DNA of 64,000 nt, from assembly GCA_963794945.1 (NCBI GenBank), contig CAWCFT010000016.1, positions 47,339 to 111,338 of the forward strand, in the 5' to 3' direction. The DNA is from Endomicrobiales bacterium. GTDB lineage: Bacteria; Elusimicrobiota; Endomicrobiia; Endomicrobiales; CAWCFT01. The notes beneath the pieces were generated by a model. It made no database searches, was not told the DNA's origin, and saw only the letters and a program-made list of their open reading frames with translations. The stretch's first letter is position 1; the number at the start of each line of letters is the position of its first letter. The position numbers and the translations under genes are program-made. Shown one piece after another: positions 10,479 to 19,451 of the stretch.

Positions 10479-12331
10479 TATAATTTGTGTTTCAAAAGCG
10501 TTATATCGAGAGCGAGGTTAAGGTATCTGTAGTCCTTGTTGAGCTCGGCCCAAGGAACAAGCTGAAGCGAGACCTTTTCGTCGTCCATGACCGTGGATAA
10601 CAGGTTCGCAAAATCCTCGGCGTCCATTGCTGATTCCAGAGGCGGACCAAGAACTATCGCTATCCCAACGTTGTTCGTCTTGCAAAGTTCAGTAAAGAAC
10701 TGGTAGTTTATCTTCCCAGTGAACGCGTAGGCGCGCTCGAATATGCCTTCCAGCCTGAATTTCAGTTTATGCTTTTTTATAACATCGCGGAAGCGGTCTT
10801 TGATCTTTACAAGTTCCTCGTCTTTGCCCTCCGGATAGAAGAAAGCAACATCAACACTCTTCAGATTTGCCTCTGACGGGTCCCTCACCTGAGGAGCGGT
10901 GGGTTTTGGCGCGGCGGGTTTGGACTGCTGTATAACGATCAATGGCTCTGGCTCGGATTTTGCTGCGATGCGGGCTGGTTCCTGGCGCAGTGGCTCTGCA
11001 ATAACGGGCGCAACAGGAGGCGTAGGCTCTTGCGCCGGCTCAGCAACAGGTATATTCATTTCAACAACTGGAGGCTGGTATACGGCTTGGGCTTTCTGGG
11101 CCGGAAACTGAGGCATAGCCAACTCTTCGGATTCTTCCACCGGAAGCAGGTCCGCCATAAGACTGTGGACCAGCTCCATGTCCACATCCTGGTGAGTTAG
11201 CGCAGCGTACGCATTTATCCTTTTTAGGAAGCCTTCCAGTTCCCTGATATTGGATTTGAGCTTTGAGGCGATGTAGAGCAGGATATTATCGTTAAGCCTT
11301 AGCTTTTCAACTTCTTCCTTTTTCTTGAGTATCGCGACCCTCGTCTCGAGATTCGGCGATTTTATATCGGCTATCAGGCCCCATTCGAAACGTGACCGGA
11401 GCCTGTCCTCGAGAGTTGTCAGGTGTTTTGGCGGCCTGTCGGAAGTTATTATTATCTGCTTTCCACTCTGATGAAGCACGTTGAATGTATGGAAGAATTC
11501 TTCCTGCGTGGATTCAGACTCAACTAGGAACTGTATGTCGTCAACAAGCAGGAGGTCAATGTTGCGGTAGTGGTCGCGCATACGCTGAAGCTGGCCCGAA
11601 CGTATGGAGTCTATAACCTCGCCCATAAATTTCTCGGTAGTAACATAGAGCACTCTCGACGCAGGGTTTTTCTTTCTCACGTAATGGCCAACGGCATTCA
11701 TCATGTGGGTCTCGCCGAGGCCCACTCCGCCGTAAATAAAGAAAGGATTGTATATCTTGCCTGGGTTGTCAGCTACCGCCTGTGTGGTGGCGGTAAAGCG
11801 GTTATTGGGCCCGATAACGAATTCTTCGAAAGTGTACCTTGGGTTGAGCTCGAGGTCCAGAAACCCTTCGTGCCCGTCCGACCCGGAGTATACTATCCTT
11901 TCCTGAGCCGGGTTGGCTGCCAAGGGCTGCGCCGCCAGCGCCGCTTCCCTGATCTTTGGCTCTGCTGCGTTCTCATGAAGTTTCTTTATTTCGGCGGTTT
12001 CCTGGTCAGCGGTAACGCTGCTCATGCTTCTGGCGACTTTTTCCAGGGCCGAATCAAGCTCGTTGTCTTTTGACGGGCCTTCGATTATGCCGTCCGCGCA
12101 TTTATTCTTGAGGTCGACCGCCAGTTTTTTAATGGATTCTTCATTAGCATCGTAGATATACAAGCCAAAATCGTAGTCGTCTTTTTCCAGCAGGAAAGGC
12201 CTGCCTACGGTGCCAGGGATTGTATTTATCAGCGACATCAGCTCGCGTTCATCTATCTTAAGTCTCAAGAGCCATCTGTTCTTATCTTTTTCAGTTGGCG
12301 TTAAAGAAAGTTTCCATCTAGTTAGGCTCAT
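10478..12331 (-). CDS. DnaA-like AAA+ protein lacking DNA-binding domain IV; novel N- and C-terminal domains
   Basis: LNPRYTFEEFVIGPNNRF, YNPFFIYGGVGLGETH, LLLVDDIQFL, TQEEFFHTFN, SDRPPK, RLRSRFEWGL, NIRELEG. No RQIAMYL or RDHTTV motif; a Pro-rich linker and an ~125-aa domain follow instead. Confidence 0.85.
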   Translation of the reverse strand: MSLTRWKLSLTPTEKDKNRWLLRLKIDERELMSLINTIPGTVGRPFLLEKDDYDFGLYIYDANEESIKKLAVDLKNKCADGIIEGPSKDNELDSALEKVARSMSSVTADQETAEIKKLHENAAEPKIREAALAAQPLAANPAQERIVYSGSDGHEGFLDLELNPRYTFEEFVIGPNNRFTATTQAVADNPGKIYNPFFIYGGVGLGETHMMNAVGHYVRKKNPASRVLYVTTEKFMGEVIDSIRSGQLQRMRDHYRNIDLLLVDDIQFLVESESTQEEFFHTFNVLHQSGKQIIITSDRPPKHLTTLEDRLRSRFEWGLIADIKSPNLETRVAILKKKEEVEKLRLNDNILLYIASKLKSNIRELEGFLKRINAYAALTHQDVDMELVHSLMADLLPVEESEELAMPQFPAQKAQAVYQPPVVEMNIPVAEPAQEPTPPVAPVIAEPLRQEPARIAAKSEPEPLIVIQQSKPAAPKPTAPQVRDPSEANLKSVDVAFFYPEGKDEELVKIKDRFRDVIKKHKLKFRLEGIFERAYAFTGKINYQFFTELCKTNNVGIAIVLGPPLESAMDAEDFANLLSTVMDDEKVSLQLVPWAELNKDYRYLNLALDITLLKHKL

Positions 12332-12396
12332 TATGCCCCTGTTTCCTTATCCGTGGGAACGGAATCGTAAATTTTAAAAACTTGCCTGGGTTCCTG

Positions 12397-13472
12397 TTAT
12401 TCAGCTGAGTTTATGCCTTTTAAATTGAGTGTCATATCATCCGGGTTCGTCGCCTTATCCAGCGCTTCTTCGACGGTAATCGTACCATTTTTGAACATGT
12501 TCAGCAGGTCGGCATCAAAAGTATGCATGCCGTAATACCCGCCCTGGTCTATGGCCTTGTAAACCTCACCGAACTTGCCTTCAGCTATAAGTTTTTTTAC
12601 TAAAGATGTGCCCATAAGTATCTTGGTCGCGGGCAGACGGCCCTGTCCATCCTTCTGTGTGACTAGCCTCTGGGCAACTATACCCTTTACAACATTTGCA
12701 AACTGCGAGCGCACGGATGCCTGCTGGTGCGGAGGGTAGGAATCCACTATCCTGTCTATCGTTTGCGACGCATCCATTGTGTGGATAGTAGAAAGCACAA
12801 GATGACCGGTCTCAGCGGCCGTTATAGCGGAGGATATAGCTTCAAAGTCCCGCATCTCGCCTATAACAACTACGTCCGGGTCCTGTTCTGAGCGCGTATT
12901 TGAGCGCGCGCGCGTAGGATTTTGTGTCGAGCCCGACTTCCCTCTGCGAGATGGACGACTTTTTGTCCTTGTGATAGTATTCTATTTGGGTCTTCAACAG
13001 TAACTATGTTGTAGCAGAAATTTTCGTTAATGTAATCGAGTATTGAGTTCATTGTCGTAGTCTTGCCGGCCCCGGTAACGCCTGTGATAAGGATGAGCCC
13101 GCGCTGGTCAGAAGCGAGTTTCTTAAGCGGTTCAGCAGGAAGGTTGAGCTCTTCAAAAGTCTTTACCTTGAGCGGCACAACCCTTAACGTCAGAGCTGTT
13201 GTTCCTCTCTGCCTGTAAACGTTTATCCTGAACCTTGAGATCTCATCAATGGAATGTGCGAAATCGAGTTCGAGATCCGAATCGAAGGCTTTTCTCTGTT
13301 CGGGGCTCATCAGCGAATCTGCAAGTTCTTCAATGTTTTTGGCACTGAACGCATCTAGCCCCGCTGTTGTGAGTTTGCCGTTAAGGCGCAGTAGCGGCGC
13401 TGACCCACTTTTGAAATGGATATCGGATATACCTTTCTTTACCATAAGTTGAAGCAGTTCATTTACGTTCAT
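12397..13472 (-). CDS. pilT: PilT/PilU-family type IV pilus retraction ATPase (two apparent +1 indels near 12985 and 12887)
   Basis: [28 protein letters not shown]; corrected reading [23 protein letters not shown]...[30 protein letters not shown]. Confidence 0.88.
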
Positions 13473-14144
13473 TTTCTCTACCTCTGCATGCTTCCCTGGC
13501 TATCACTACCGAGTTCGATGTCCCGATCCTTGAGGCTCCGGCCTTGACCATACTCAAAAGATCACGAAGGCTCTTGATGCCTCCGGCGGCTTTTACTCCC
13601 ATCGAACTTCCCACCGTTTCGCGCATAAGCCTTACATCCGAGGCTTTCGCTCCTCCTCCAGAAAACCCCGTTGAGGTTTTAACAAAATCCGCTCCTGCAC
13701 TTTTCGCTGCAAGGCACGCCTTCACTTTTTCTTTTCTAGAAAGAAGGCTGGCTTCAATTATTACCTTGAGCGTTTTGCCGCCGACGGATGACCTCACCTT
13801 TCTTATTTCATCAAGAACAAGTTCATAGTTGCCTGACTTTAGGGCCCCGATGTTAACGACCATGTCTATTTCATCGGCGCCGTTCGAGACCGCCTCTCCG
13901 GCTTCAAAAGCCTTTGCATCAGCGGTTGAGGCGCCCAGCGGAAAACCAGCCACGGAACATATTTTGACACCGGAACCTTTTAACAGGCCGGCGCTATACT
14001 TGACGTTGGCGGGATTTACGCAGACCGAGTGGAACCCGTATCTCCTGGCCTCGCGTGAAAAGCTTCCGTAAGTTCTGCCCGGCCGGCGCCGGGCTTGAGC
14101 AACGTGTGGTCAATGAGCTTGGCGGCGCCAGATATGTTTTTCAT
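13459..14144 (-). CDS. deoC: Deoxyribose-phosphate aldolase (apparent indel near 14050-14075)
   Basis: N-terminal LIDHTLLKP from ATG at 14144, then [44 protein letters not shown]. Confidence 0.92.
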
Positions 14145-14155
14145 TTCAAATTTAC

Positions 14156-14623
14156 TTATTTCTTTTGAGCCAGACCGCATATCCTGTTCTCTATCTCAGA
14201 TATGTTCGATACCCGTTTCCTGTGCCTTTCTTCTGTGCTCGCGGGGGTCCTAAGCCAGGTGTCTATGAACCCGATGAGCCCGTCAGTAGTGGCGAACCTG
14301 CCGGGAAGACAGATTATGTTGGCGTCATTGTGCTGGGAAATAAGTTTTGCGATGTCATTATTCCAACACACCGCAGCCCGTACACCAGGGAATTTATTAG
14401 CGGTGATAGACATGCCTATTCCCGTCCCGCAGATGAGCACTCCTTTATCATACAGCCTTTTAGAAACACCCTCGGCTACAGCAGCGGCGAATTCGGTATA
14501 GTCACAGCTAGCGTTCCAGCACGATCCCATATCGGCAACTGTGTGACCGAGCCCGTGAAGAAAATCCAGCACTTTTTCCCTGTGCTCGAAACCGGCGTGG
14601 TCGCAGCCGAAAGCTATTTTCAT
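14156..14623 (-). CDS. rpiB: Ribose-5-phosphate isomerase B
   Basis: GCDHAG, ICGTGIGMSITANK, HNDANI, ERHRKRV. Confidence 0.95.
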   Translation of the reverse strand: MKIAFGCDHAGFEHREKVLDFLHGLGHTVADMGSCWNASCDYTEFAAAVAEGVSKRLYDKGVLICGTGIGMSITANKFPGVRAAVCWNNDIAKLISQHNDANIICLPGRFATTDGLIGFIDTWLRTPASTEERHRKRVSNISEIENRICGLAQKK

Positions 14624-14662
14624 TTCCTCTCTCCAAATCTTATCTTCCCGTAAGAAACGGGA

Positions 14663-15043
14663 TCAATTGTATTTTTTGTTAATGAAGCCGTCCTGCTCTG
14701 CCCTCAGCTTCATGATGAATTCGCCAAGCTCGGCGCGTTCGTTTGTGCCGAGGTCTACGAACTGGGCTCCGTAGATCGATTCGTTCTGGTTATTTCCCTT
14801 GTTTTCCATGTGACAGATCTTTGCCACACATTTAAGCTTCATTCCATTAGGGAGCGTCACATCTAGGCCTATATCATCGCCTATGCTGAATTCCGGGCTG
14901 CAGATGAACTTCACTCCGCCAAGTGATACATCAACGACTTTGCCCACCAGCACGAGCAGTATGCCCGAGACCAGCCTAACCTGCCCGCCTGGAAGGAAAA
15001 TACGGATGTGTTTACGCCGCTCCTCGCCTTTCAACATGGACAT
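14663..15043 (-). CDS. PilZ-domain protein
   Basis: ERRKHIR (RxxxR) and DVSLGG (DxSxxG) c-di-GMP motifs; YGAQF. Confidence 0.85.
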   Translation of the reverse strand: MSMLKGEERRKHIRIFLPGGQVRLVSGILLVLVGKVVDVSLGGVKFICSPEFSIGDDIGLDVTLPNGMKLKCVAKICHMENKGNNQNESIYGAQFVDLGTNERAELGEFIMKLRAEQDGFINKKYN

Positions 15044-15054
15044 TTCACCTCGGA

Positions 15055-15639
15055 TCAGAGAATAATTGCCTTGTCACCGTTCTTTAGTCCTGCCGCATTC
15101 GCTTCGTCTATATCCACATGGCATTCCAGCGACATTTTTTCACTGACGCGCGCCACAACATTCTCAAATATAAGCCCGCGCTCGCCGGAACATTTTATGC
15201 TTAGGAGGTCGCCGTCTTTAATCTTGTAGAACGACGCGTCAACAGGGGTCATGTGTATGTGCCGCTTGGCCACGATACACCCTTCTTTGAGGTCTACCGA
15301 CCCCGCGGGCCCGGTTATCTTTACAGGAGATGAACCGGAGATGTCGCCCGACCCTCTCACCGGCGCCTTAAGCCCTGTTTTTACGGCGTCACCGATAGAT
15401 ATCTCCACCTGCGTGAACTTGCGAAGCGGTCCGAGCACCCTTACCTTGTCTATCTCACCCTTAGGCCCTGATATTTTGACCGTTTCATTGCAGGCGTGCT
15501 CGCCCGGCTGCACGAGGTCTTTGATCTTTGTCAGTTTGTACCCTTTGCCAAAAAGGCTTTCCATGTCCTTCTCACAAAGATGGATGTGCCGGTTGGACGA
15601 GTTGACCGTTACCGGCCTTTCTGCTCTTGAGTTTTCCAA
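15055..15639 (-). CDS. pduL: Phosphate propanoyltransferase / PduL-type phosphotransacylase
   Basis: SNRHIHL, VRVLGPLR..TQVEIS, AKRHIHMTP, ECHVDIDEANAA. Confidence 0.93.
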   Translation of the reverse strand: MENSRAERPVTVNSSNRHIHLCEKDMESLFGKGYKLTKIKDLVQPGEHACNETVKISGPKGEIDKVRVLGPLRKFTQVEISIGDAVKTGLKAPVRGSGDISGSSPVKITGPAGSVDLKEGCIVAKRHIHMTPVDASFYKIKDGDLLSIKCSGERGLIFENVVARVSEKMSLECHVDIDEANAAGLKNGDKAIIL

Positions 15640-15697
15640 TTTATGTTCCTTTCACTCCGACTAATTATTTTTAATTGAACGTCATGAATTCAGGATA

Positions 15698-16453
15698 TCA
15701 ATACTTGACCAGTTTTGTGAACGATTCTATCTCCAGGCTCGCACCGCCCACCAGCGCTCCGTCAACGTTTGGCTGTTTCATTATCTCGGCCACGTTGTCG
15801 GGTTTTACAGATCCGCCGTACAATATCCTTATGCTCTTGGCAGCCGTTTCGCCGTACATCTGAGAATAGAGTTTGCGTATATACGCGTGAACCTCTTCCG
15901 CCTGCTGAGGCGACGCGGTTTTGCCGGTCCCTATAGCCCATACCGGCTCGTAAGCTATGACCAGCGTCTTCGCCTGGTCCGGCGTTAGGCCAGCAATACC
16001 GTCCTTTATCTGTTTCTCCAGCACTGTAAAAGTAGTGCCGCCTTCTCTCTCGGCCAACATCTCTCCTACGCAGACTATCGGCACAAGCCCCGCCGCGAAC
16101 GCGGCTTTCATGCGCTTGTTGACAGTCTGGTCGGTCTCGGAAAAATACTGGCGTCTTTCCGAGTGCCCGACAATGGCGTATTTGCATCCAGTGTCAACTA
16201 TCATAGACGGGGCAACCTCTCCCGTAAATGCTCCCTTCGTTTCCCAAAAAATGTTCTGTGACCCGACCGAAATATTAGAGCCTTTGAGCGCCTGCGCCAC
16301 GGCATAAAGCGCCGTAAAAGGCGGGCACACGAGTATCTCCCTGTCGTTGATACCGGCAAGGTTCTTCTTGAGGCCCTCAACAAGTGTCAGTGCCTCCGGG
16401 ATGGTTTTGAACAACTTCCAGTTTCCAGCGATGAGCGGTTTTCTGTCAGCCAA
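15698..16453 (-). CDS. tpiA: Triosephosphate isomerase
   Basis: AGNWK, GHSERR, AYEPVWAIGTG, YGGSVKP, LVGGASL. Confidence 0.97.
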   Translation of the reverse strand: MADRKPLIAGNWKLFKTIPEALTLVEGLKKNLAGINDREILVCPPFTALYAVAQALKGSNISVGSQNIFWETKGAFTGEVAPSMIVDTGCKYAIVGHSERRQYFSETDQTVNKRMKAAFAAGLVPIVCVGEMLAEREGGTTFTVLEKQIKDGIAGLTPDQAKTLVIAYEPVWAIGTGKTASPQQAEEVHAYIRKLYSQMYGETAAKSIRILYGGSVKPDNVAEIMKQPNVDGALVGGASLEIESFTKLVKY

Positions 16454-16498
16454 AGTAGTACTCCTTTCGATAAAATATGATGTGTAAATACGCTAATA

Positions 16499-16527
16499 AA
16501 TATAGCAGTTTTTGAATGATTAATCAA
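16499..16527 (-). promoter_or_regulatory. sigma70-type promoter upstream of the tpiA operon
   Basis: Minus strand TTGATT-17 bp-TATATT with extended -10 TG (TGCTATATT). Confidence 0.6.
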
Positions 16528-16664
16528 GTGAGATTTAGGCTGGGTTTCAGTAATTATTTATTGGTTAGAGGCCGGCATGAATATGGAGTTTTTAAATGAG
16601 TGTTTTCCAATAATTTGGTTTATCCCTAGATGAACTTTCTGTTGATCCCGGGGCGGGGAGACCT

Positions 16665-17174
16665 TCAGAACCTCTCGAACCTGTCTTTTTTGGCCTTGCA
16701 GATCGGGCATATTTCGGGTGGTGTTTCACGAGCGCAGAGGTAACCGCAGACTTTGCAGCGCCAAACGGGTATGCTTGTTTTGGGGAACGCGCTTACGGCC
16801 GTGTCGGCTTTGGCAACCAGCCTTTTTCCGGGAGGCGGCCTTCTTTCAGGTATGGGCTTTATTTGGACCTCTCCTTTTACTGCGGCCCTTGAAACATAAA
16901 GAGCGCAATAGCAGGCATTGAACTCCACCAAATCCTGGTCACGATAATCACATGGGCATATAATATCCAAATCTTCGGATTTGTTGCCGGTCGAAAGGCG
17001 GCACGGGCAGGACTGGTAGCCGTAACGGGCCGTATTCACCAGCAGGCCTTTGACAAGGTCTTTTGCAAAATATTCGTCAGGATTTAGATGGTACCCGGCG
17101 CCTTCGGCTTCCACTTTCAGCTTCACGTAAAAACTGTCGATAGCTTCAGCGGTAATGTCAGGGGATGTTTCCAT
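16665..17174 (-). CDS. Ferredoxin:thioredoxin reductase catalytic-like subunit fused to a C-terminal rubredoxin-like domain (ferredoxin:disulfide reductase type)
   Basis: SCPCR, ICPCDY, ACYCALY motifs; C-terminal WRCKVCGY...CPICKA. Confidence 0.85.
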   Translation of the reverse strand: METSPDITAEAIDSFYVKLKVEAEGAGYHLNPDEYFAKDLVKGLLVNTARYGYQSCPCRLSTGNKSEDLDIICPCDYRDQDLVEFNACYCALYVSRAAVKGEVQIKPIPERRPPPGKRLVAKADTAVSAFPKTSIPVWRCKVCGYLCARETPPEICPICKAKKDRFERF

Positions 17175-17452
17175 TATTTTAACCTTTTGTTGAGCTCATC
17201 GGGATTAAAACCTATCACGCAGCTCGAATTGTCAAAAACGATTGTTGGAAATGATACAGACGGGTTCCACTTTTCAATTTCTTTTTCGGCCTTGTCGCGG
17301 TCTTCCTCTGAGAGTTGGTCAATATTAGCATATTGATAGTCCACTCCAAGCTCGTTGAGCATCTTCTTTGTCTTGTTGCACCAAACGCAGGTGCTCAAAG
17401 CGTAGAGCATGATCTTGCCTTTCTTCTTGCCTTCAACGTGTTCTATCTTCAT
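17174..17452 (-). CDS. Glutaredoxin-family protein
   Basis: LSTCVWC active site, SFPTIV, IGF; TAATG coupling to the reductase. Confidence 0.85.
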   Translation of the reverse strand: MKIEHVEGKKKGKIMLYALSTCVWCNKTKKMLNELGVDYQYANIDQLSEEDRDKAEKEIEKWNPSVSFPTIVFDNSSCVIGFNPDELNKRLK

Positions 17453-17468
17453 TGGGCCTCCGAAAAAA

Positions 17469-17541
17469 CAATTAAAGATTGTAAAATTCAGGATTTAAAG
17501 ATTAAGGGTGTTAATTTTCAATCTTTAATTTTTAATTACAA
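17469..17541. repeat. Heptamer-periodic inverted repeat (intergenic)
   Basis: AATTAAA GATTGTA AAATTCA GGATTTA AAGATTA ... TAATTTT CAATCTT TAATTTT TAATTAC. Confidence 0.65.
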
Positions 17542-17543
17542 GT

Positions 17544-18548
17544 TTATTCCGCGCCAAGCAGCGTCACGGCCGTGATATTGTATATGTCTTCCGCCGTACA
17601 GCCGCGGCTGAGGTCGCTGAAAGGTTTTCCCACACCCTGAAGTACCGGGCCGAGAGCTTTGAACCCCGCGAACCTTTCGGTTAGTTTGTAAGCTATGTTG
17701 CCGGAATTCAGGTCGGGAAATATGAATATGTTCGCCTTGCCTTCCAACGGCGAATCGGGCGACTTTCTCTTGGATATCTCGGGCACAACCGCCGCGTCGA
17801 ACTGCATCTCGCCGTCGATCTTGACCGCGGGGTCGGCCAAGAAAAACTCCTTAGTCAATTCAACGGCTTCCCTGATCTTATTAAGGTTGATGTGCTGCGC
17901 GCTTCCTTTGGTTGAAAAAGAAAGGAACGCTGCCCTCGCTGTCTCTGCGGGAAACAGCCTCTTGAACGTCTTTATAGTTTCCACCGCGATGTCCTTTAAA
18001 GCAAGCGCCCCGGGTGCCGGGTTAACCGCGCAATCCGCGTAAAGGAGCGGCATGGTTATCGGGTGCTTATCCGGAGGTATCATTAAAAAAAATGACGATA
18101 TAAGTTTTACGTCTGGCGACGTACCAACGCACTGCAGCGCCGCCCTCAGGACATCCGCCGTGTCGGACCGCGCACCTGCTATACATGTGTCGGCTTTGCC
18201 GCTTTCCAAAAACAGCGCCGCAAAATGCAGCGGCTCAATGACTAGGTATTCCGCCTCTTCCCTTGAAGCTCCTTTGTCTATCCTGGACTGGATGAAATCT
18301 TCGAGAACGTCTTTTCTCAAATGGTCAGGGGATGGCTCTAACATTGTAAGCCAGGAGAGGTCAAGGCTCTTTCGTTTCGCGGTTTCTTCAATGAAGGCTT
18401 TCTTTTTAGCCACGACATAGGCCTTGCAGATGCCTTCCTTGGCAAGCCTCACAGCCGCTTCAAGCGTGCGTTCCTCATCGCCTTCCGCGAACACCGCGGC
18501 GGCGCTTTTGGCTTTCGCGGTATCGATTATTTTTTTTAGTATATCCAT
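17544..18548 (-). CDS. pta: Phosphate acetyltransferase (PTA/PTB family)
   Basis: FAEGDEERTL, YADCAVNP, LSFSTKGSA, DGEMQFDAA, FPDLNSGNIAYKL, DLSRGC. Confidence 0.92.
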   Translation of the reverse strand: MDILKKIIDTAKAKSAAAVFAEGDEERTLEAAVRLAKEGICKAYVVAKKKAFIEETAKRKSLDLSWLTMLEPSPDHLRKDVLEDFIQSRIDKGASREEAEYLVIEPLHFAALFLESGKADTCIAGARSDTADVLRAALQCVGTSPDVKLISSFFLMIPPDKHPITMPLLYADCAVNPAPGALALKDIAVETIKTFKRLFPAETARAAFLSFSTKGSAQHINLNKIREAVELTKEFFLADPAVKIDGEMQFDAAVVPEISKRKSPDSPLEGKANIFIFPDLNSGNIAYKLTERFAGFKALGPVLQGVGKPFSDLSRGCTAEDIYNITAVTLLGAE

Positions 18549-18579
18549 AATTAAGCTCCGTTAAATGCCAACTACATAA

Positions 18580-18646
18580 TAAATCCAAAACACCAATTAG
18601 ACCTGTTTTGGATTTGGTAATTGGGATTTATCTTATTGGTATATTA
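18580..18646. repeat. Degenerate heptamer-periodic inverted repeat
   Basis: AAATCCA AAACACC AATT ... TTGGATT TGGTAAT TGGGATT. Confidence 0.5.
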
Positions 18647-19429
18647 CTATTCTATCAAAAAATCAGCTAGTTTAACATCCGGGTGATGGTACCGCTTGCG
18701 TTTGGCGGTCCCCCCGCCGTACTGTATGGCTTGCACCGGGCACCACTGGATGCACGCCATGCACTGGTAGCACCTGTGCTGCCACACGGGTTTGCCGTCT
18801 TTGAGCTCTATATTTTTAGCCGGGCATACCCTCGAGCACACGCCGCAGCTGTTGCATTTGGCGTCCGCAAAGAATTTTCCGTCCATCTCCGGCATGTGAG
18901 GGGCCGAGAACTTGTATATGAGCCCGCTGAATATCAGGTTCGCGAGGAAGAAGCTCTTCTCCGGCGCTATCGATCTCTTTTCTTTTACGGCCTCCGCTAT
19001 CTTTTTGATTTTTTCTTTTTCAGCAGAGAACATCTTTTTTTGTTTTTCATCTTCAATGGCTCCGTACATCGGCGTGTAGTTGCCCGGCATCTGCGCGCCG
19101 AAACCCGCCGAGAGTGTTATGCCGCGGGTTTTTAGCGCCTCCGTCACCTGCACAAGCGTCGCGCCCGGGAATCCGCCGTAAGTGCAAACGGCAAAGAAAT
19201 ATTTGGCATCCGAAGGGTTTAACTTTTTGATGAACGCGTCTACCACCAGCGGCATTCCCCATATGTAGACGGGGAACACAATCCCGATGGAATCAACCGG
19301 CGCTTTCGCCCCTGTATTAAGGGCTTTTGAAACGGGTATCAACTCGGTGTCGCCAAGCGCAGCCGCGATATCCCGTGCGACAACCAGAGAATTGCCTGTC
19401 CCGGAAAAATAGTACAGCGTGGTTTTCAT
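18647..19429 (-). CDS. EFR1-family ferredoxin (flavodoxin-like N-terminus plus 4Fe-4S dicluster)
   Basis: MKTTLYYFSGTGNS (ATG 19429 after GGAGG), FPVY, MPGNY, CNSCGVCSRVCP, CYQCMACIQWCP. Confidence 0.85.
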   Translation of the reverse strand: MKTTLYYFSGTGNSLVVARDIAAALGDTELIPVSKALNTGAKAPVDSIGIVFPVYIWGMPLVVDAFIKKLNPSDAKYFFAVCTYGGFPGATLVQVTEALKTRGITLSAGFGAQMPGNYTPMYGAIEDEKQKKMFSAEKEKIKKIAEAVKEKRSIAPEKSFFLANLIFSGLIYKFSAPHMPEMDGKFFADAKCNSCGVCSRVCPAKNIELKDGKPVWQHRCYQCMACIQWCPVQAIQYGGGTAKRKRYHHPDVKLADFLIE

Positions 19430-19451
19430 GTGCTCCTCCATTATCCAAACA

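Noticed and set aside
11700..11735. Walker A Lys-to-Glu (GLGETH) as evidence of a catalytically dead DnaA paralog
   Set aside because: A single A/G difference in a region with many apparent sequencing errors; cannot be trusted without polishing.
10478..12397. Replication origin next to the DnaA-like gene
   Set aside because: No cluster of TTATCCACA boxes, no AT-rich unwinding region and no dnaN/gyrB; only scattered 8/9 matches inside coding sequence.
12860..13000. Programmed frameshifting or phase variation in pilT and other split genes
   Set aside because: No consistent slippery sites or repeat tracts; the indels hit unrelated housekeeping genes, which fits read error.
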